DNA from: Squalus acanthias | Lineage: Eukaryota | Assembly: GCA_030390025.1 (NCBI GenBank) | Contig: JASTWF010000034.1 | Coordinates: 4,712,001 to 4,776,000, forward strand | Length of the DNA: 64,000 nt | Direction: 5' to 3' | Part shown: positions 63,679 through 64,000 of the stretch, piece by piece | How the letters are laid out: every line of letters starts with the position of its first letter | Numbering within the stretch: position 1 is the stretch's first letter | Notes under the pieces: model-generated | The model's database searches: none | The model's input: only the letters and a program-made list of their open reading frames with translations | What the model was told of the DNA's origin: nothing | Program-made: the position numbers and the translations under genes

Positions 63679-64000
63679 CAGGTTTTTATCAAAAGAAATC
63701 ATAAAACTCTACAAATGGTGTAATGATGGATTGTAAAAGAACAAAAACCTTAAAGAGGTGATGACAGACAGCTGAAATGTTTCGATCCCAATATCAGAAG
63801 TACTGGAAATTACAAGCACAGACTGCATTACGAAGAGCACAGGTTTTATGCAGTTGAGGGACGGTCAGATGTGGATAATGGTCGAGAGATGTATTGAAAG
63901 GGCTACAAGGGATACAGGAAGGGTCGAGGAGGTCGGAAAGGCCGTGGAGTTTAGGGCTCATGGGACTGGGGGTAATATAGTAGCATGGTTTGAGGACACA

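Overview
Eukaryotic, repeat-dominated DNA. The CR1/L2/SINE/Penelope repertoire and the GPCR family point to a cartilaginous fish (shark); this is inference. I can support only one host gene: a two-exon GPR139/GPR142-like class A GPCR (exon 1 ~9765/9819-9855, exon 2 18451-19352). Its compact promoter carries a perfect NF-kB consensus, and its 8.6-kb intron holds a decayed two-gene Harbinger transposon inflated by a 54-bp minisatellite, which is the source of the 1579-aa 'ORF'. The most striking element is a compact 4.4-kb Gypsy-type LTR retrotransposon (38839-43279, minus strand) with an intact single gag-pol ORF, 194-bp LTRs differing at 5 positions and a 5-bp TSD. It has a non-canonical YLDN RT active site and no tRNA primer-binding site; instead an 11-nt sequence next to the 5' LTR is perfectly complementary to the LTR itself, which suggests self-priming. 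Also present are a full-length but broken Buster/Charlie-type hAT transposon nested in a CR1 LINE inside a satellite, a 1.1-kb solo LTR, Penelope-type tails with minimal hammerhead cores, many CR1/L2 fragments, at least seven tandem-repeat families and several local segmental duplications. All alignments were made by eye; no database search was run.
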